25,000 bases of DNA from Takakia lepidozioides (GCA_030704615.1 JAKLZA010000059.1:1-25000); one strand, 5' to 3'. Shown: positions 1 to 10,641, counted from the stretch's first letter. A program made the numbers and translations. Notes: a model not told the origin generated them from the letters alone.

Positions 1-1
1 C

Positions 2-295
2 AACTTCCTTGCCAGTTTCCTGCTTGGATGGGGTGTCACCAATGCTGCTGCGTTGGCCTCATACCCCATTGACACAGTGCGGCGTAGGATGATGATGACT
101 TCCGGGGAGGCAGTGAAGTACAAGAGCTCACTTGATGCATTCCAGCAGATTATTGCAAAGGAAGGTACAAAGTCCTTGTTCAAGGGTGCTGGTGCCAACG
201 TCTTGCGTGCTGTTGCTGGAGCTGGTGTGCTGTCTGGCTATGACCAGCTTCAGCTTCTCTTCTTTGGAAAGGCCTATGGAGGTGGCGGCGGCTAA
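2..295 (+). CDS. AAC: Mitochondrial ADP/ATP carrier (adenine nucleotide translocator), 3' end of CDS, 5'-partial
   Basis: The frame from nt 2 reads [40 protein letters not shown]...[27 protein letters not shown]...GGGGG*. RRRMMM is the ADP/ATP carrier signature. TAA at 293-295. Confidence 0.97.
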   Translation, partial: NFLASFLLGWGVTNAAALASYPIDTVRRRMMMTSGEAVKYKSSLDAFQQIIAKEGTKSLFKGAGANVLRAVAGAGVLSGYDQLQLLFFGKAYGGGGG

Positions 296-1190
296 GTGAG
301 GGGGTGTCCCTGGATAATGAAGACAAGTGGAGCATTTGAAGCTGCCAAAGATACAATTGCAAATTCTTGCACCGTTGCCTGGACATCCTTTACAAGTGGC
401 TTTTGTGACTTCTGAGGCCTCTGGTTTTGGCCTTCTAACTGGAGCCACATCTATTTTCACCGGCTGACCGTCATCTACCCTCGCCAAGTTGCCAGAAGTG
501 AATGTTATCATGGCGTTCGTTTGTTGACTTAGACTATTGTGCCTAATGCGCATATAATTCTGGAGACATGTCTGGACAGCTTTTCTGAGGAAGACTAAAA
601 TGGGCTTTGGAAGGTGAGACCTTTACTCAGGGGAGCCTTTCATTTCATTTCCACAAGGTACGGAATAACCTTGCTAATCCAGCATTGATCAGAAGGACAG
701 CATAATTTGGCTGAGTACAGGTATTCAGTGATAGAGAAAACAGATGCACGTTGATGGGCCATAAGGTTTATTAGATGGTGGCATGTGATTAATCAGCATT
801 TTAAATAAATTGCATATGGAAACAGGAATGCTGATCGCAGAAATTTTGTGATGTCCACCTGTGCTGATATTCTGAAGTGTTGTATGTTGTGCTTTTATCT
901 ATTACTACTCCTTCATGCCAACAACAGCATCACTTCCTCTTGTACCATTGTGTTGGTGAAGGTTTGGTGGTTTTGTCTGCTGATGTTGCCCACCTGTGCA
1001 TCAGCCGACCTTGTGTTCTCTGTTTGTGAATGCACTTTGCTCTTGCTCATGTACCCTTGACGTCATACAGTGCTCAGATTCGCTGTCGTGTCTCCAATTT
1101 TAGAGCATTTGAACTTGGTTGTTTGGTTCTCCATCCCCAAGAGGTGAGCTAGTCTTTTTGGAAAGTGCATTTACTGTAGTCTAACCACAG

Positions 1191-1815
1191 TCACACAATC
1201 TCCGCATCATGTACCGTCCTCTTACTGTTCTCCCACAAAAGCCGAACTACTTTCCAGAAGACAAGGTAACTGGCTAGCCTCTCGAGCTCAGATCCGGTAT
1301 GTGCAGAGCATTGCGATAGATGAGGTAGTTGCATGTTGACATGATTTTGTAGTGGAGCAGCAGCTTCCAAGTATATTCCACACTGTTGAGACTTGCTTTG
1401 AGAGGAAATTTCTGACAGAAGGATCTAGTTGAGGATGTGCAGGGTAAAGAACCAGGGCGAGGTGCTTCACTGGCACTCGCCCCTAACAACTCGGAAACTG
1501 ATCTAATTCTTACAGACCGAACCTTACAAATTTGTAAGATGACCTGGCAGGACCTTAAGATCCCCTGTACAGTACCTCACAACATGAATGAAACTTGTGG
1601 TTGGGGAGGTATCTCTTTGAAGGGAAAATTAAGTCAGTTTTTATGTTGCTTTGCAATGTTCTTATCACGCCTCTGGAGCAATTTCATCTTTATGGGTTAT
1701 GTTAGCTGGGAGCATACAGGATTTGAGAGTAGAAAATTTACTCCGAGAGAGAGGGAGATTGGAGGTGTCCAGAGTAATGGGATCGATGCCGCGGCCACCT
1801 TCAAGGCACTACATG
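1191..1815 (+). pseudogene. Unidentified decayed exon chain (candidate exons 1191-1265, 1353-1443, 1720-1815)
   Basis: AG/GT-bounded segments with compatible phases join into SHNLRIMYRPLTVLPQKPNYFPEDK-WSSSFQVYSTLLRLALRGNF*QKDLVEDVQ-GFESRKFTPREREIGGVQSNGIDAAATFKALH. One internal TGA at 1413-1415. Family not recognised. Confidence 0.3.
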
Positions 1816-2156
1816 GTGTATGACATGCATACATTTAATGCTTAATGTAAACTTCAGATCCTTGGATCTCATGCCTGCAAGGAAACAGCCCTCTGGAATG
1901 AACCTTCTAATTCTAGCCTGGCGTTAAGCAACCTTATAATTTCTTCTTCAAAATCACAGGCAGGCCAGAGACTAAGCATGTGCTTGGAAAGGAAACCTTT
2001 GGTTGAAAGGCATGTAAGGATTAGACCACAGTTGAATGGTTACTGCAAAATGCATTTTATCTAATACACTATATCCACTACCAAAGAAACATATGAGCGT
2101 GCTGTGCAAATAGGGGCAGGCCATCACATGGAATGATCAACAAGCACAGCTCTCTC

Positions 2157-2333
2157 TCTTTCTGCCTCAATTACTTGGTGCTCGATTAAGAGGTTTAGGG
2201 GTTGCTTTGAGGTGATTGACCTGACAACTTCATGTCTACTCCATGCAGGCTGTTGAAGATTTGACTTTCAATTGGTAGCAATCTTCAATTCTGCATCATT
2301 CATCCTGAAACTGTCTGGATCATTCTACAATAA
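2157..2333. repeat. Direct repeat copy 1 (~177 bp), matches 6580-6760
   Basis: tctttctgcctcaat...gattaagaggtttaggggttgctttgaggtga...ctgtctggatcattctacaataa occurs twice. By hand the copies differ by about 7 substitutions plus one small indel region. Confidence 0.95.
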
Positions 2334-4310
2334 CTTGTGCTATGGTTGAGAAGGTGGCACCCGCGAGTATGTTAGCCATCAGGTCTTTTCAATAGTTACT
2401 CAACTCTTTGACAGGGAAGGAAGGATTGCAGGCATCCTTACATGGTAATTCTTCTACCTTTCTCCTCATGGTGAATATGGATTTGAGGTGGAATGTTATT
2501 TCCCACATGGTAATATAATGGTAAAACTCCTGAACTGAGAATTTTTGAGGCAGCTGGGGATCCACAGCAGTCAAACAGCTCCAGATTTCTGACTGACAAA
2601 ATAGATACATGACTCTTGGAGAAGGAAACCCATCTGCCAGCCACTTCCATTTTGAAGTTTGAAGAAAATAGGAGCTGGATCCCGTTTGCCCTTGACTACT
2701 TTGAGAGTTCTGAGTGTATATGATGTGGAGCGTAAGACTTCCAGCACGAATTGCTGTCCTACAAATCCAGTAGAAAATCCAGTAGCTTCGACAGGTCGCA
2801 CCAGTGTCAATAATCTGCTGAAGTTTGTGACCTGTAGATTAAAGTTGTATGTAATTGAGATGAAGAGTCCTGTGAAGACTTAGGTATTTCAAGAGTGCTA
2901 TGAACCAGCTACCTGAGCCTTTTGAGCCATAGGAATCTGTAGCAAGCTGCATTGATTACGGGAAAGTCCAGACCCCTATCTCTGCCCACCCACCGATACG
3001 GACCCAGCCAAGGTTTGGTTCAATCAGCTAACCAGGTCTGCAAATAGGCCATGTAGCCATCAAGACCAGCAGACCAAATGGAGAAAGTTCAGCAAGAGAA
3101 ATTTTGACGAGTTTCCATGGGTGTTCTGACCAGCAAGTTGGCATTGAAATGCACCCTTGAACTTACAGACTATAATCATTCCAAGGCTGGATATGCTCCA
3201 CAGCCAAAACTTAATGAAAGTGAACCGAACAGCTCTGTTCTGTATTCACGGATAACTACTGATTTGCCCGCACAAGCTCCCTCTGTTTCTTCCCTGCCCT
3301 GCCCCCCTCGGCCTCCTTCCTTCTCAACATGAACATATAATAAAAAAGATACCGAACACCCGAACAACCCCTGAATACCATCATCTATGTTTAAACAGGT
3401 TCCGTGCCGCGAAGGGACAACTTTGACCGACTGACGAAAACCTCTTTAATGTCCCGGAATTAGCTGTTGCTATGCCCGTCTCTGCTTTTGTGCCACAATC
3501 CATCGATGCACAAGACAACAACTCATACTGCTGCTTGTGCACTGGTACTACAACAAACAGCCAAAGATAGAAATACACAGCAATAGGACAGGAGACGCAC
3601 CCGTCGCCCTTGCAGGTGTGCTTCGGTGAACCCCTCCACATTGTTTGTCCCTAAATTGATCATTAGTGTTTGCACCCATTCAATGTTTCCATCGCTATTC
3701 TGTTGAGCAGCCCAGATCAACTGTAACATGGTGGGATCATCCATCAACCCAACAATAAGGGTGTGCAACACCCTGCGCACTGATAAGTTGGAGGCCTTTG
3801 AAGCCCAACATCCCTTGCAGAAGCCCCCAAGCAACCCCACCAACCATATGCGGATATCTCAAACCCGTGTCGGACATCCTCATTTAGCTTTGCCTCCACC
3901 ACTTCACTCTGAGGCACCTGCTTGTCAAGCGACCCTGGGCAAAACTACCTACATGGATGGATGCCATGGAAGTTCTACTTTTGCTATTTCTGACAGGGAA
4001 AAGTTCTTAAAAAAAAGGAAAAAGAAAGTTTTTCCAAAAGGGAGCACAAAACGGAAAACAAACTTTTATGGTGACTCATTGAGTATATATGCAGGGGCCT
4101 GGGCTCAGCTGGCTTGTATGCAGTCAGACGCTCGACAGGCGCTAGCACCCACCTGCACATTGATTGTAGTAGCATATTAGAAGCAGCAGATTGCACAAAG
4201 CTCTGGTACTCATGCAGATCTTCAGTGTAATCTCGTCAAGCTGGTTTTCTTCATTCTCCTCAGATCTCCGGGAGGGGTTGTTGCAGGGTGTGAGTAAAGT
4301 ACAGGCGGAG

Positions 4311-5312
4311 ATGTATGGTTCTGAAGGTGTTAGACCAACATTAGTGGCCAAGAAGTATAGGCTTGGGCGGAAAATTGGGAAAGATGATTCTGGTGAGTTC
4401 TATGAGGGTACCCATATTGAAACTGGCGATATATACGCAATCAAACTGGAGCGTCTCAAGAAGAATCCTGCAAAGTATCTGGACGACAACCCCTCCAAAT
4501 TGTCGAACGAGGCCAGAATGTACAGGTTGTTGAAGGGCTTGAATGGGATAGCGAAAACAAGATGGTCTGCTGCAGAAGGGGACTACCATGTCATGGTTTT
4601 TGAGTTATTGGGGCCGAGTCTGGCCGACTTGCTCAAATTTTGCAATGGGAAGTTTTCGTTGAAAACTGTTCTGATGCTTGCAGATCAGCTGATCGACAGA
4701 TTGGAATCCATGCACGGAAATTGTGTCATCCATAGAAATCTCAAACCTGAAAACATACTCATGGGGTCGCCTTCGGATTATGACGCCCAATATAAAGTCT
4801 ACGTCACGGATTTCGGCTCCGGTGTTCGATATTGGGATTATATCAGTTGCGAACATATATGTTACAGAGAAAACATCGCGGAGCCAATTCGTAATGCGAA
4901 TTTTGCTAGCATCAACACGCATCGTGGTATTGAACAAAGCAGGAGAGACGACTTGGAGTCACTTGGTTATATCCTCATGTATTTTCTTGTGGGAAGCTTG
5001 CCATGGAAAGTGTCCAGCACTTCGTGGACCAAGATCAAGAAGCACGATAAGCTGATAAAAAACATAACAGATGAGATCGTGCGAGAATTTCCACCGGAGT
5101 TTGCCGGCTACTTCGAGTATTGTCGCTCCTTAGGCTTTGATGAGACGCCCGACTATGCATATTTGAAGAGGTTGTTTAGTGATCTCTTCACAAGAGAGGG
5201 CTTCGAACTCGATTACCAGTTTGATTGGACAGGGGAACAACAGTTTGCAAGACTGAAAACAAATTGCTTCACCATCTTCAGCAATTTCTTCTCCATCCTG
5301 AGCCAAGACTGA
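4311..5312 (+). CDS. Intronless divergent casein kinase 1-like protein, probable pseudokinase retrogene (alternative upstream in-frame ATG at 4212)
   Basis: CK1-specific motifs: YRLGRKIG, AIKLE, LLGPSLADL..FC..KFSLKTVLMLADQ, ASINTH.GIEQSRRDDLESLGY, LPW, YCRSL.F...PDYAYLKRLF, DY.FDWT. The catalytic loop reads HRNLKPEN and the Gly loop reads GKDDSG. The ORF is uninterrupted with no introns. Confidence 0.88.
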   Translation: MYGSEGVRPTLVAKKYRLGRKIGKDDSGEFYEGTHIETGDIYAIKLERLKKNPAKYLDDNPSKLSNEARMYRLLKGLNGIAKTRWSAAEGDYHVMVFELLGPSLADLLKFCNGKFSLKTVLMLADQLIDRLESMHGNCVIHRNLKPENILMGSPSDYDAQYKVYVTDFGSGVRYWDYISCEHICYRENIAEPIRNANFASINTHRGIEQSRRDDLESLGYILMYFLVGSLPWKVSSTSWTKIKKHDKLIKNITDEIVREFPPEFAGYFEYCRSLGFDETPDYAYLKRLFSDLFTREGFELDYQFDWTGEQQFARLKTNCFTIFSNFFSILSQD

Positions 5313-5843
5313 TGGCCACTGTGCAATCTTTGTGGGATTTTAGAAATGGATAGGGTTCATGTGCAATTTATCATTTAGAGATAGTAATGTAACATTGATA
5401 GATATATTGAGGAAGTTTCCAACACGGGAAGATGAAATCTACATAAATGTTAGTGAACTTGTTGTTCATTTTATTGCTTCAGTTGAATTCTTTCAGTTCC
5501 GGGTTATGTCCAAAGCTTAGAATGCCATTTCCAGTTCACGTTGAGCTTCAGAGTGTTGGCTTTGTATGGCTTTTCAAAGAGAGAAGTTTGGGTGACCAGT
5601 TTAGCATGAGCTCTACAATATAGTGCAGCAGGATGGATGATTGTATGTTCAGTACACTGCTAGCTGATCCGTCAATCTTTCATTGATGCTATTTTAACTA
5701 ATATAATTGATGCAAATTACACAGAGATGGTTTAGCACATTCATTAGATATACAGCACAGAATCAGCAAAGACTATTTAGAGGTGAGGTTGCATCTAAGT
5801 TACAATCCTGTATGCCCAGTCAACAGCGACATAAGAGTATCAC

Positions 5844-6279
5844 CTCCTTCATATTCCCAAGATGCCCAATCTCGCAACTTTGTAACTCATGAGGCCAACT
5901 CCAAGGCTGAGGTTGAACTTCTTCCACGCAAGCTTCACAATGTCTGTGCTGTCAATGTAAGATGGCACAAGCACAGCAGTGACAGTATCGGTAAGCCACT
6001 TTGCTTGAGACCCCAAGCCTTCACGGCTTCCATGCATTTTCAGCGACCACACAAGGGAATTGAGAAATAGAAAAATCAGGCAGCAAACATGCTCTGCCAC
6101 AGTGTTGGCTGAAACTACAAACACCGTACATGCGAATCTGAGGCCGAATGGCTTGTACATTGTCCAAACCGATGGTGCCTGGCAATGACATTGTCAAGAC
6201 CTTCCTAAAAAATGAGGTGCAGAGAAGCCCGCAGACCATAAAGCATTTGGCTTGAAGGAGTGTACGGCCAATAGGAGCC
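5844..6279 (-). pseudogene. AGT1: Serine:glyoxylate/alanine:glyoxylate aminotransferase internal fragment (2 exons + intron), disrupted
   Basis: 6279-6152 reads GSYWPYTPSSQMLYGLRASLHLIF*EGLDNVIARHHRFGQCTR (TAG at 6207-6205). ~6031-5844 reads AVKAWGLK / WLTDTVTAVLVPSYIDSTDIVKLAWKKFNLSLGVGL / IGHLGNMKE|GT with frameshifting deletions. This matches plant AGT1 motifs YWPYTPS, AVEAWGLK, YNLSLGLGL, RIGHLGN. Confidence 0.9.
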
Positions 6280-6579
6280 TCCTCCTCCTCTCCTCTTACT
6301 TTCTCCACCCCTGCAAAGAGCAAGGCTGAAACAAGTCCGGGAGAGGGGATAAGCGGAGGGCTATAATTAAAACACACGAAAAAAAAATCCACTTTTCTTC
6401 CCCACTGCAACTGAAGAATGGCCGGATACATATGAGGCTGTGCAGCAGCAAAAGAATCACTAACCTTTGCTCAAGTTCAGCAAATTCCACCTGAACAGCG
6501 GACATGATTTACTCTCATAACTCTCGTAAGCCTCGAACCTTTCATCTGTTGGTACAGAGAAGACTGTCTTTTATTCTCA

Positions 6580-6760
6580 TCTTTCTGCCTCAATGACTTG
6601 GGCAATTCTTGATTAAGAGGTTTAGGGGTTGCTTTGAGGTGACTGACCTGACAACTTCATGTCTACTCCATGCAGGCTGTTGAAGATTTGACTTTCAATT
6701 GGTAACAATCTTCAATTTTGCATTATTCATCCCAAAACTGTCTGGATCATTCTACAATAA
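6580..6760. repeat. Direct repeat copy 2 (~181 bp), matches 2157-2333
   Basis: See copy 1. It directly abuts the RabH fragment starting at 6761. Confidence 0.95.
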
Positions 6761-7308
6761 GAAGAAGGTGATGCAAAATCGATAGAATTTGGTGTGATGT
6801 TCACTGAGACCAGTGCCAAAGCAGGATTTAACATCCAGGTAGACTATAGACTACATGCAGCCTGAAAGTGTATCATGAGAGCGAAATGTGATAAACGTCA
6901 TCGTAAAGGTGGATATATCATCTCTTGGAGAGGCAGTGGTGCAGAGTCAGACTTTGAGGTTCTAGTCATGTGTAGCACCAGACACCTGCTGGCCTCCTTG
7001 GTGTTCTTTGTCACTTAGGGAACAACCTGGACAACTGCAGCAAAAGAGGTTGCATTTGTGGAATATATGCCTGAGCCAAGAGGGCAGATATGGGCCAATT
7101 TCCTGCTTGCCATGATTGAACTTGGCCGTTCGTGTTTTGTTGATCTGAGTATGCAATCTATTGTGGACCACATGATGTAGGCCTTGTTTCGGAAGATCGA
7201 GGCGGGATGGAGGCTTTGTCATCAGAAAAACTGGATGATTTAGTTGATGTCAATCTTCAAACCACATCTTCACTGGGAGAGGGTAAAGCTGGGGGTTGTT
7301 CATGTTCA
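6761..7308 (+). pseudogene. RABH1: RabH1/Rab6 small GTPase 3' fragment (truncated exon, intron, last exon), disrupted
   Basis: 6761-6838 reads EEGDAKSIEFGVMFTETSAKAGFNIQ|GT (G5 ETSAK motif). Intron 6839-7180. From 7181: ALFRKIEA, a ~10 nt frameshifting deletion, then GMEALSSEKLDDLVDVNLQTTSSLGEGKAGGCSC. The CXC prenylation end is followed by TCA where the stop is expected. Confidence 0.92.
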
Positions 7309-8318
7309 GTTCTTCTTTGGGGGTCTTGATATTTCACATCTTGCAAGTTTCAAAGGGATAAGAATGTATGACACTTCGATGATGCTTCTCAAGTCATATT
7401 GGAGCTTAGCCCTTGGGTTGATTTTTAGGGGATCGGATTCTCTTCATATTATTCAAACTGGCACCACAGGGCCCTAAGGTCGCCCTTGATAAGTGAGTAG
7501 GAGGGACAGCATTTGGAGTTCCTACATGGCCCAGCAATGCACCGTTGGTATGGAGGATGGCTATGGCTATCCTGGAGATGCTAGTGATATTAGAACCTCA
7601 AAAAGCACTGCTTTAGGGAGTGGATGATCATATTTTGTCAACATTTTAATATACGATGATACCAGCTAACCAGTACAGGCCTCGAGCGCAAGCAGCCTGT
7701 TGTCCGATCCTGATAACTGATGTAGGTTTATGGTCAGAAATATTGGGCACACTACAGTGGCATGTCTTCAATGCTGTTAAATATTCTTCCAGCTAGTTGT
7801 TAGCAGAGATGATCCAGTAATACCTGCTGAGACAGGCAAGCCTTTGTGATCAGAGTGGGGCTAAATGTTTCGTAAAAATCTGAACTAGGAGTTCAGTGCT
7901 TTATTTAGTGGAAGCACTATCGTGTTTCATGTCATATAAAGACGTCCTGTGGGAATGAAACTCATGGGCTTCATAGAAGGCTAGCATGCTAACATTCTTG
8001 AAAAGATGAGAAGCTGTTCAAACTTGCAGATAGATCCATGGCATCTAACATTTGAAAAGTTGTAGTAAGTTTGGAACAATTACGAACAACTACCAAGGGC
8101 TTTAGTGTTACAGCCTGGGAGCTTAGGTAAGTAAATCCACATGAAAAGAACGTCGCATGTTGTCCAACCCTTACGTAAACATACTCAAATTGCCGGTGCT
8201 TGGAGTGAATAATTGGTGCCTTTAAGTTTTTGTGATGATCACTATAATTACTACTTGGCGATTCCACAACATCTCTCCCAAAAGCAAAGACCTGCCATAT
8301 CTTGACAATGTCTGTTGT

Positions 8319-10641
8319 TCAATCATCACTGTCCCAATAATCGTCATCGGCACCAGGCTTGGGAGCTGTGGATGACCCCTGACAGAGAAGCTGCAGAGAG
8401 TCTAAATGCTTGGGCAGTACCACCTCCGAACGGGCTCCCCCTCCTTCAAAGTAGTTGCACAACAGAGCCTGCAGCATTCCAACCCCATCAGAGAGCTGTA
8501 CTGCAACATGTGAAGGCCTTTTATTCGCCTTTGGTTCAAATTCCATTTGGTCACTCAGAACTGTGCGACTGCTCATACCTTACGTTCTTGAGATTAGCAA
8601 CCCTCACAGAGCATGTATCCTGCGGCATGACAAGGGCAACTTTCTACTAAACTTCTACAACCTCTACCAAAAGTGGCTGGATGTTTTCAAACAGTAGCTG
8701 ACATTACGCACCATGGCAGCATAGGCATCGAGCTGCTCCTTGCGAGATCGTCTGTTGCTGCCCCTGCACCATTGTTAGTGCCACCAGTTCCTTAGTAATG
8801 CCACTACAGAACCCCCATTCCACATACAGGTGCTTTCTTTTCTGGGTCTAGTCCATGACAGAGAAGGTTTATATGATCTGCGCAGTGTGACCACACCATG
8901 CCCACTCCATATTTTCAAGGTATAGAAACTCCCACTTATGCAGCAACAATAAAAGTACCACATATCCCCTCCAAATTTTCATGATGGGCAGGCATATGAA
9001 AGGCTTCAAGGGCTATATGATACATACACATTGATCATGTAGCTCAAGGCATCTTGTGATGATCCATACTCGTCCTGTAAATATACTCTCCAACCTCTGC
9101 ACAATACAACCCAACATGAGATTCTGCAATTCATTACCTACTTTCCATTCATAATGATCAGTTAGTGCCACATCATTAGAAGTTAGTTTCTTATGCTCTA
9201 CAATTGCACTAACCCAGGGCTCATGCCTTCTGTCTTTTAACACGCACTTATGTCCAGGAAATTACATTCGTCATTTCTCCCTCCACGAAACCTTTGAAGA
9301 ATTCAGCCTCTACTGTCATGTCTGTTTCTCTGGGATCCCCACATTTGTCATACTGTCCATGCAAAGCGCACCTGAGATGAATAGAGAACAAGAGATTAAG
9401 TTGGGAGGTGTCACCTTTGAGCCGCAAGGTTGGCCAACCTGCCAGCAAAACTGCGGGCCTTATTGGCCTGCTCAGTGTCCTTACCATCCCACGACTTTGG
9501 AAGCCCAACTATGAACTCGTCTGCTTTCTGCATTACCCAAACCCTGACACTCATCACTTCCAAAGCACTGTTAGCCTTTGCAATTCACTCCTCACACTGA
9601 CAGCCAAAGCAAGCTTGTTCGCAACCCTAAAGGCCACAGATAAACCTTTTTCTTGGCAGACACCAGCTGCCACAGTGTAATGATGCCATAGTGCATGAGC
9701 TGTTAAACTTTAACCAACGCAGAATTCACATAAAGTTACAGCAAGCATACCTCTTGAAGGGCAACCTGCATAAGATGCTGCAGCAGCTTGTCCCCCCGCT
9801 GGCGCACAACCTACAACCCAGGCCCTGCGCTTAGCGTTTTCCATTAGAGAAATGAAGGCTTTCCACTGGGAGTTGAGGGCGTTGCTATGGAAGAAATACA
9901 TTATAGGCCAAGACTTTCAGAAACCACAAGAGCATATAGCCCTGTGCAGAAGTGTGTGAGAATTACAGCAAGTGGGCGGGGAGCAAAGCCTCCAAAACTT
10001 ATGGAGAGTCCTGTCTTGACGTCGCCCAAATCCACACCCAGGCTATGCTGCATCCGGCCCCCTTCACTGCCATCCTTCACCTTCTGAGCATTTGACATAA
10101 AACCAGCAATCTTTGATTTCAACTGAGCCCGGGTTTCTGTATTATCAGGTATTTCTACCTCCATCTTTTTCTTGCGTCTGGTTTGGCCTGTGCTCGGTTG
10201 AGAAGAATCTTGGTTTCCTGCTCCTTGCATGGCCTTTGTAGTTGACAGGCTGTCCAAGGATGCATGGCTGATGTTTGTGCTGGATTGTGTGTCTCGAACA
10301 TCACCAAGGGGCTGAGCATCTGCACCATCACTACCACTGGTGCAGGGCTCTGAATCAAAATTGGAAAATTCGCCCCCTGTAAGATTAATTATGTCTACGT
10401 GTGATACGCTCACAATACACCAGTCAGCTTTAGAGGTTGGATGTGCCCTACCCCGTGGCTCCCAAGTATGGGGTTGTGTGTTACCAAAGGCTGCTGCTTG
10501 GAGGTGTGTGCCCTCCTTGAGAACAGGTGGGCACCGGAACAGTGCACTAAGGCCTGGATAATGGGATCTGCAGAGTGCCAAGCTGCTTGAGCAGGAAGGA
10601 GTAAGTGGGTAGCTGTCCCAAGCGCAAAATCCAAGCTGCAT
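8319..10641 (-). CDS. yqgF: YqgF/RuvX family RNase H-fold nuclease (putative pre-16S rRNA nuclease / resolvase-like) with N-terminal extension; exons 10641-10452, 10376-9967 (75-nt in-frame intron optional), 9810-9751, 9527-9415, 9096-9028, 8763-8712, 8468-8319; ~347 aa
   Basis: Hand splicing with canonical GT-AG sites and consistent phases gives HSLGVDLGDVKTGLSISFGGFAPRPLA-VVRQRGDKLLQHLMQVALQE-KADEFIVGLPKSWDGKDTEQANKARSFAGRLANLAAQR-GWRVYLQDEYGSSQDALSYMINV-GSNRRSRKEQLDAYAAM-ALLCNYFEGGG...DDDYWDSDD*. YqgF motifs G.D.G, IVGLP, DE and D..AA are all present. The start codon is less certain. Confidence 0.9.

Noticed and set aside
4737-4739. A-to-I editing of AAT to restore the catalytic Asp
   Set aside because: Such nuclear mRNA editing is not established in plants, and other catalytic motifs are also degenerate.
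2162-6756. LTR retrotransposon/TRIM call from the TG...CA direct repeats
   Set aside because: No PBS, PPT or TSD, no gag/pol, and homology extends past the TG/CA.
2067-7586. Possible Pack-CACTA boundaries: ATA|CACTA at 2067 and TAGTG|ATA at 7586, enclosing most of the fragment mosaic
   Set aside because: The inverted match barely extends beyond 5 nt, there are no subterminal repeats, and candidate fragments also lie outside. A 3-bp TSD match can easily arise by chance. Worth rechecking only if other copies exist.
8001-8126. Exon-like stretch KDEKLFKLADRSMASNI*KVVVSLEQLRTTTKGFSVTAWELR followed by GTAAGT
   Set aside because: Contains stops, no family recognised, and no partner exon found.
9013-9371. 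Protein-looking ORFs 9013-9243 and 9248-9508 (minus)
   Set aside because: They fall in yqgF introns or in the wrong frame of yqgF exons.
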